Source of the DNA: Podarcis tiliguerta
Taxonomy: Eukaryota
Assembly: GCA_965153285.1 (NCBI GenBank)
Contig: OZ229113.1
Length of the DNA stretch: 64,000 nt
Reading direction: 5' to 3' (one strand)
This document shows positions 60,151 through 64,000 of this stretch, piece by piece (positions within the stretch are counted from its first letter, which is position 1; each line of letters begins with the position of its first letter). The position numbers and the translations under genes were made by a program. Under the pieces are notes generated by a model, which saw only the letters and a list, made by a program, of their open reading frames with translations, ran no database searches and was not told where the DNA came from.

Positions 60151-63100
60151 AATGCCTCAAAGGTGCAATGTCTCAAAGATGTGCTGTTGCTTTTAGGCAA
60201 AAGTAACAGGAAGGACCATAACTTTCTCATGTTTGGATTTGTATGGACCCAAAGTGCCCTTGCAAGGATGCGGTGCAGATGAGTTGGCCACAGACTGCAG
60301 AATTAGAAGCCTACTCAGAAGACAATCCAACTGAGGTTAATGAGACTTCCAGCAGTTTAGGATTTAGGCAGGTTTAGGATTGTCCTCTCCTAACTCTATA
60401 AACATAGATGTCTCACATAACAGCTTTCTGCTTGTGATCCTGGGCTACCATAATGCCAAACACAATTACTTCAAACAGTTGTTCCATGTGGCCTTTCTGT
60501 TTTATCCTGATCAGTTTTGTAGCGTCAAGCAATAAAACAACAATCCTATCAGAAACCATGTAAGTGGAAGTAAGTTCCAGTGAAGGAAATGAGACTTTCT
60601 TTTTGAATAAATGAATTTGGAATTGGATAGGTGCCAGTCTGAAGCACAAAAGTATTGCTTTCCATTTCTAAGTTTCTTTTTAAAAATGGCTCGGTCATGG
60701 CACTACACTTAACACTAACATATTAGACAAATGATCATTAAGCTTGCCCTTGTATAAATCCATGTGCCTGCATGTACAGAAATACCTTTTTCACAACACC
60801 TTTAGCAAAATCAATAACATTTATGGATACCTTGAGAATCGTTCATCAAGACAATTACATTTTTACACTCCATATGAAGAATAGGTGCAGAACTAGGACA
60901 TATTAAATTATGATGTAGTACTCTATAAATGCATAATAAATTTGATATTTCCATTTTCTTTTAGTGATGGCATTAATATATTTGACCTTACTCCCTCAGT
61001 CAGCAATGGAAACATTTTTCAAAACCATAAGATTGCTTTTAAGATAACAAATGATATATTTCAGCTATGGGTTTCCATTTCACTCGCCTTTAAAGATTGC
61101 CACAGCAAAAATATTCACCAGCTTCATGTTTTCAGCTTTAAACAATGTACTTTGGAATGATCCCTAGGGCTTTAATTTAGTAAGAAGTTTGAATATTGTG
61201 TCATTGGTTACCTACGGGTTGCCAATTTTTTTTTAAAAAAGCATATGAATAGGTTGGCTCCAGACTTTCTCTCCCACCATGAATATAGAAGGCACAAAAA
61301 TCAAACAGAGGTTCCCAACCTAAGGGATTGGAGTGGCTTTTTTCTGATTTCCCCTTCCTTCTCCTGCAGTGAACCCTCCCCTGCTGTGGTCTTATGCATC
61401 ATCCAGGTGGTACAGGAGACTGCAGAGGGGTGGGAAGCAGGAAAGAATGGACAGAAATTACTGCCATGCTCTCTTCCTCCAGCATAAGCAAAATTCCACC
61501 GAGTGCAAGTCTGAAGCTAACCTACAGAGTGCAATCCCAACCCATTAGAATCAATTCACTTTTTGCTTTTGCTAATGGCTTTAAATAAGATACAGATTTT
61601 CCTCATCTTTATTCTAGTTTTCATTCTCATTCTCATGACCATGGCCAAGAAGCCAAGAGCAAGAACATAGGACCTACACACTTGCTCCCCCTCTTGTCCC
61701 TGGCTCTCTCTCCTGCATGGTCCCTTCTCCCCTTCCAGTGTCAGGATTAACCAAAGTGGGAAGGTCTGTATGGAGAGCAGAGGGGGGAGAAAACCATGTG
61801 AAGTCACCATGTGCTCCCAGTCTCTTAAGCATAGTTAAGAAATAAAAATAGGATGTCTGCTCTTGTCCCTACTAATATCGTCATAGATATAAATGCAGCA
61901 CAATCCTTTGCTATGAATTGTTTGTCTCACCCCATGGGGTTTACATCCTAGCATGCGCGCTTAGGATTACCCCATTAAGTGAACATGATCTTGTGGAAGA
62001 GGATGACTGTGCTCTGTCAAAGGTTTGTGCAGGAGAATCTCTTGGTGGATTCAGCTTAATAACAACATAGTAGGTTCGAGTCTGCAATTGTTTTGCAGGA
62101 GGGATTCAACATAGCAGGAAATTTAGGTTTGCAAAAATAGTGTTGATTAAAACACTCTGATATGCTAGCAACAGATCCACTTTAGCTAACAATGTGACTC
62201 CCTGCAGTTAGTAGAGTGATGGGGACATGTGTGGGATGAATCGAGATTAATAGGAAGACATATAAACACCCCACAAACAGATCAGGCTGAATGCAGGATA
62301 AACACTTTTAATCATACAACCTCCCCACAAACAAATCTGAATAAATACTGGATAACCCCCAAGTAAGCTTTATGCAAGCAAATCAGTGCTCAATAAGTAA
62401 GTTATCTGGAGAAGTACTAGGATTAGAAAGCAGACCTTCTTTTGCAACACCTCTGATGTGCAAGGCCTCTGATTCCTGAAAAAAAAATGTTATCATTTTT
62501 AATTTGCATTAAAACATAAAGTGATTTCTGATTATTTCAGATGGGGAAAGAAAAATATTTTTAAAAGCAAAGTTGTAGTTTTAACATTGCATATCCAAGT
62601 CATCCATATCCAAAAGCATTTCATAATGATCTTCAATGATACATTTGTGTGTGTTGCTCTATTAAGATAGATATATGTGGTTCTTTCCCTGAGGGTGCCC
62701 GTGTTATTTCTCCTCTTCAGGATGTCTGCATTGAAGATCATGCTGTCAGCTCCTGAAGATTTCAGTATGGCTCCCTGCAATCCTTGATTTGCCACAAGGC
62801 ATTTGAAATCCAGTCTGTGCTTTATTCAAGTAAGTGCATATAAGGTAGAAGAACTCCATCAACATTCGTATATGCCTTTCCCCCATAGTGACAGACCCAT
62901 TAGAAGACCACAGTTTATCTGAGTGAGTCATAACAATATGAGCATTTAAACTTTGCTAGTATATTAGAGCATCTATTTTACTGCAATAAAGAGGACAGTT
63001 TACCACAAGCTCCATGAACTCTGGACAAAATGAAAGAACTGTGTCTTAAAAGGGTTTGTGTGGGTGTGCAGAACTGCAACATTGCAAGAAGAGAGGAAGT

Positions 63101-64000
63101 TGGTTTATCCTGAATATTTTCCCATCTACTATGGAATCATACTGTCAGTGAAGCTCCATCATCTCAGGTGTAGATCTTTCCTATCACCTCTTACCTGATC
63201 CTTTTAACTAGAGTTTGCATTTGACCTTCTGCATGCAGAATGTGAACCTACCTAATTCAAACTTCCTGCATCAAAATGCAAACCAATATGCAGTTATTCT
63301 TCAAAATTGGCACTACACCAAAATTCAGTCTATAACTAGAAATGCTACAAAAAGAGCGTTTTCTGATATGCTGCATTGTATTATTACAGGAGTCAGTGTG
63401 ACATGGAGGCTCATATATCACAGCGATGTGAGATGGAGTTTCAGCTCCCATCAGCCACAGCCATAGATGTTGTTTTAGTTCAACAACATCTGGAGGACCA
63501 CAAGTTCCCCAGCCCTGATATATTGCATGGTGACTAACTGTGGTTTTCCAGGAATTACCTCTAGCCTCCAGTTGCATAGTAAGAGCCATCACCGAGGCTC
63601 ACTTGAAAATCTAGGAAAGTAGGGACCCTTGCAGAGGTTCTGCACAATTGCCTCTCATTAGAAGTGGCACATATTAAGTTTTAAATGGCTGGCATAAAAA
63701 TAAAAAAATGTAACTTTGCATAGATAAGGAATAATATGCTGGAAGTGTCTTTAGCACATGACTGCTCAGGGTTTGGAGGCTGCAATTCAGAACATACAGT
63801 CCCCACACACTGTGAGGCAGCTGTGCAGCTCTGTGAGCTGATCTCGTCTATTCAGTATGGCAGTCAGATTGCACAGCTGGCAATCTGGGGTCAGTATCTG
63901 ATCTATGCCATTTCATACAGTCATCTCTGACTATGCATCATGTCCAAGGAAACATGAACAACATACCAGGTGAACCAGCAATGCAAAATGGATATATTGT

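Noticed and set aside
4312-63930. The remaining short ORFs in the ORF track
   Set aside because: Lengths and composition are as expected by chance, or they derive from TEs; many start at non-ATG codons

Overview
Vertebrate genomic DNA, most likely a lacertid lizard, judging by the Sauria-type SINEs, BovB/RTE pieces, CR1/L2 relics and lacertid-style TA-flanked MITEs. It is AT-rich and intronic or intergenic, and I recognise no host protein-coding exon. The outstanding feature is a very young 2.37-kb tyrosine-recombinase retrotransposon of the Ngaro type (1729-4097, minus strand) with split direct repeats in the order A1-[coding]-B1-A2-spacer-B2. It lacks gag and RT/RNaseH. It keeps the C-terminal part of the tyrosine recombinase and an uninterrupted SGNH-hydrolase frame. 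That frame has no ATG upstream of its catalytic serine but lies directly behind a strong splice acceptor, and a phase-matched donor follows the ATG at the A1/YR junction. Repeat A looks like a Pol II promoter, and repeat B folds into a multibranch RNA. Other points of interest are a 1.1-kb TSD-flanked retro-insertion with CTCF and YY1 motifs at its 5' end, a 5'-inverted BovB copy with a stuttered junction, a tandemly duplicated mini-exon-like unit and several enhancer-like noncoding blocks. All family names come from my own pattern recognition; no database was searched.
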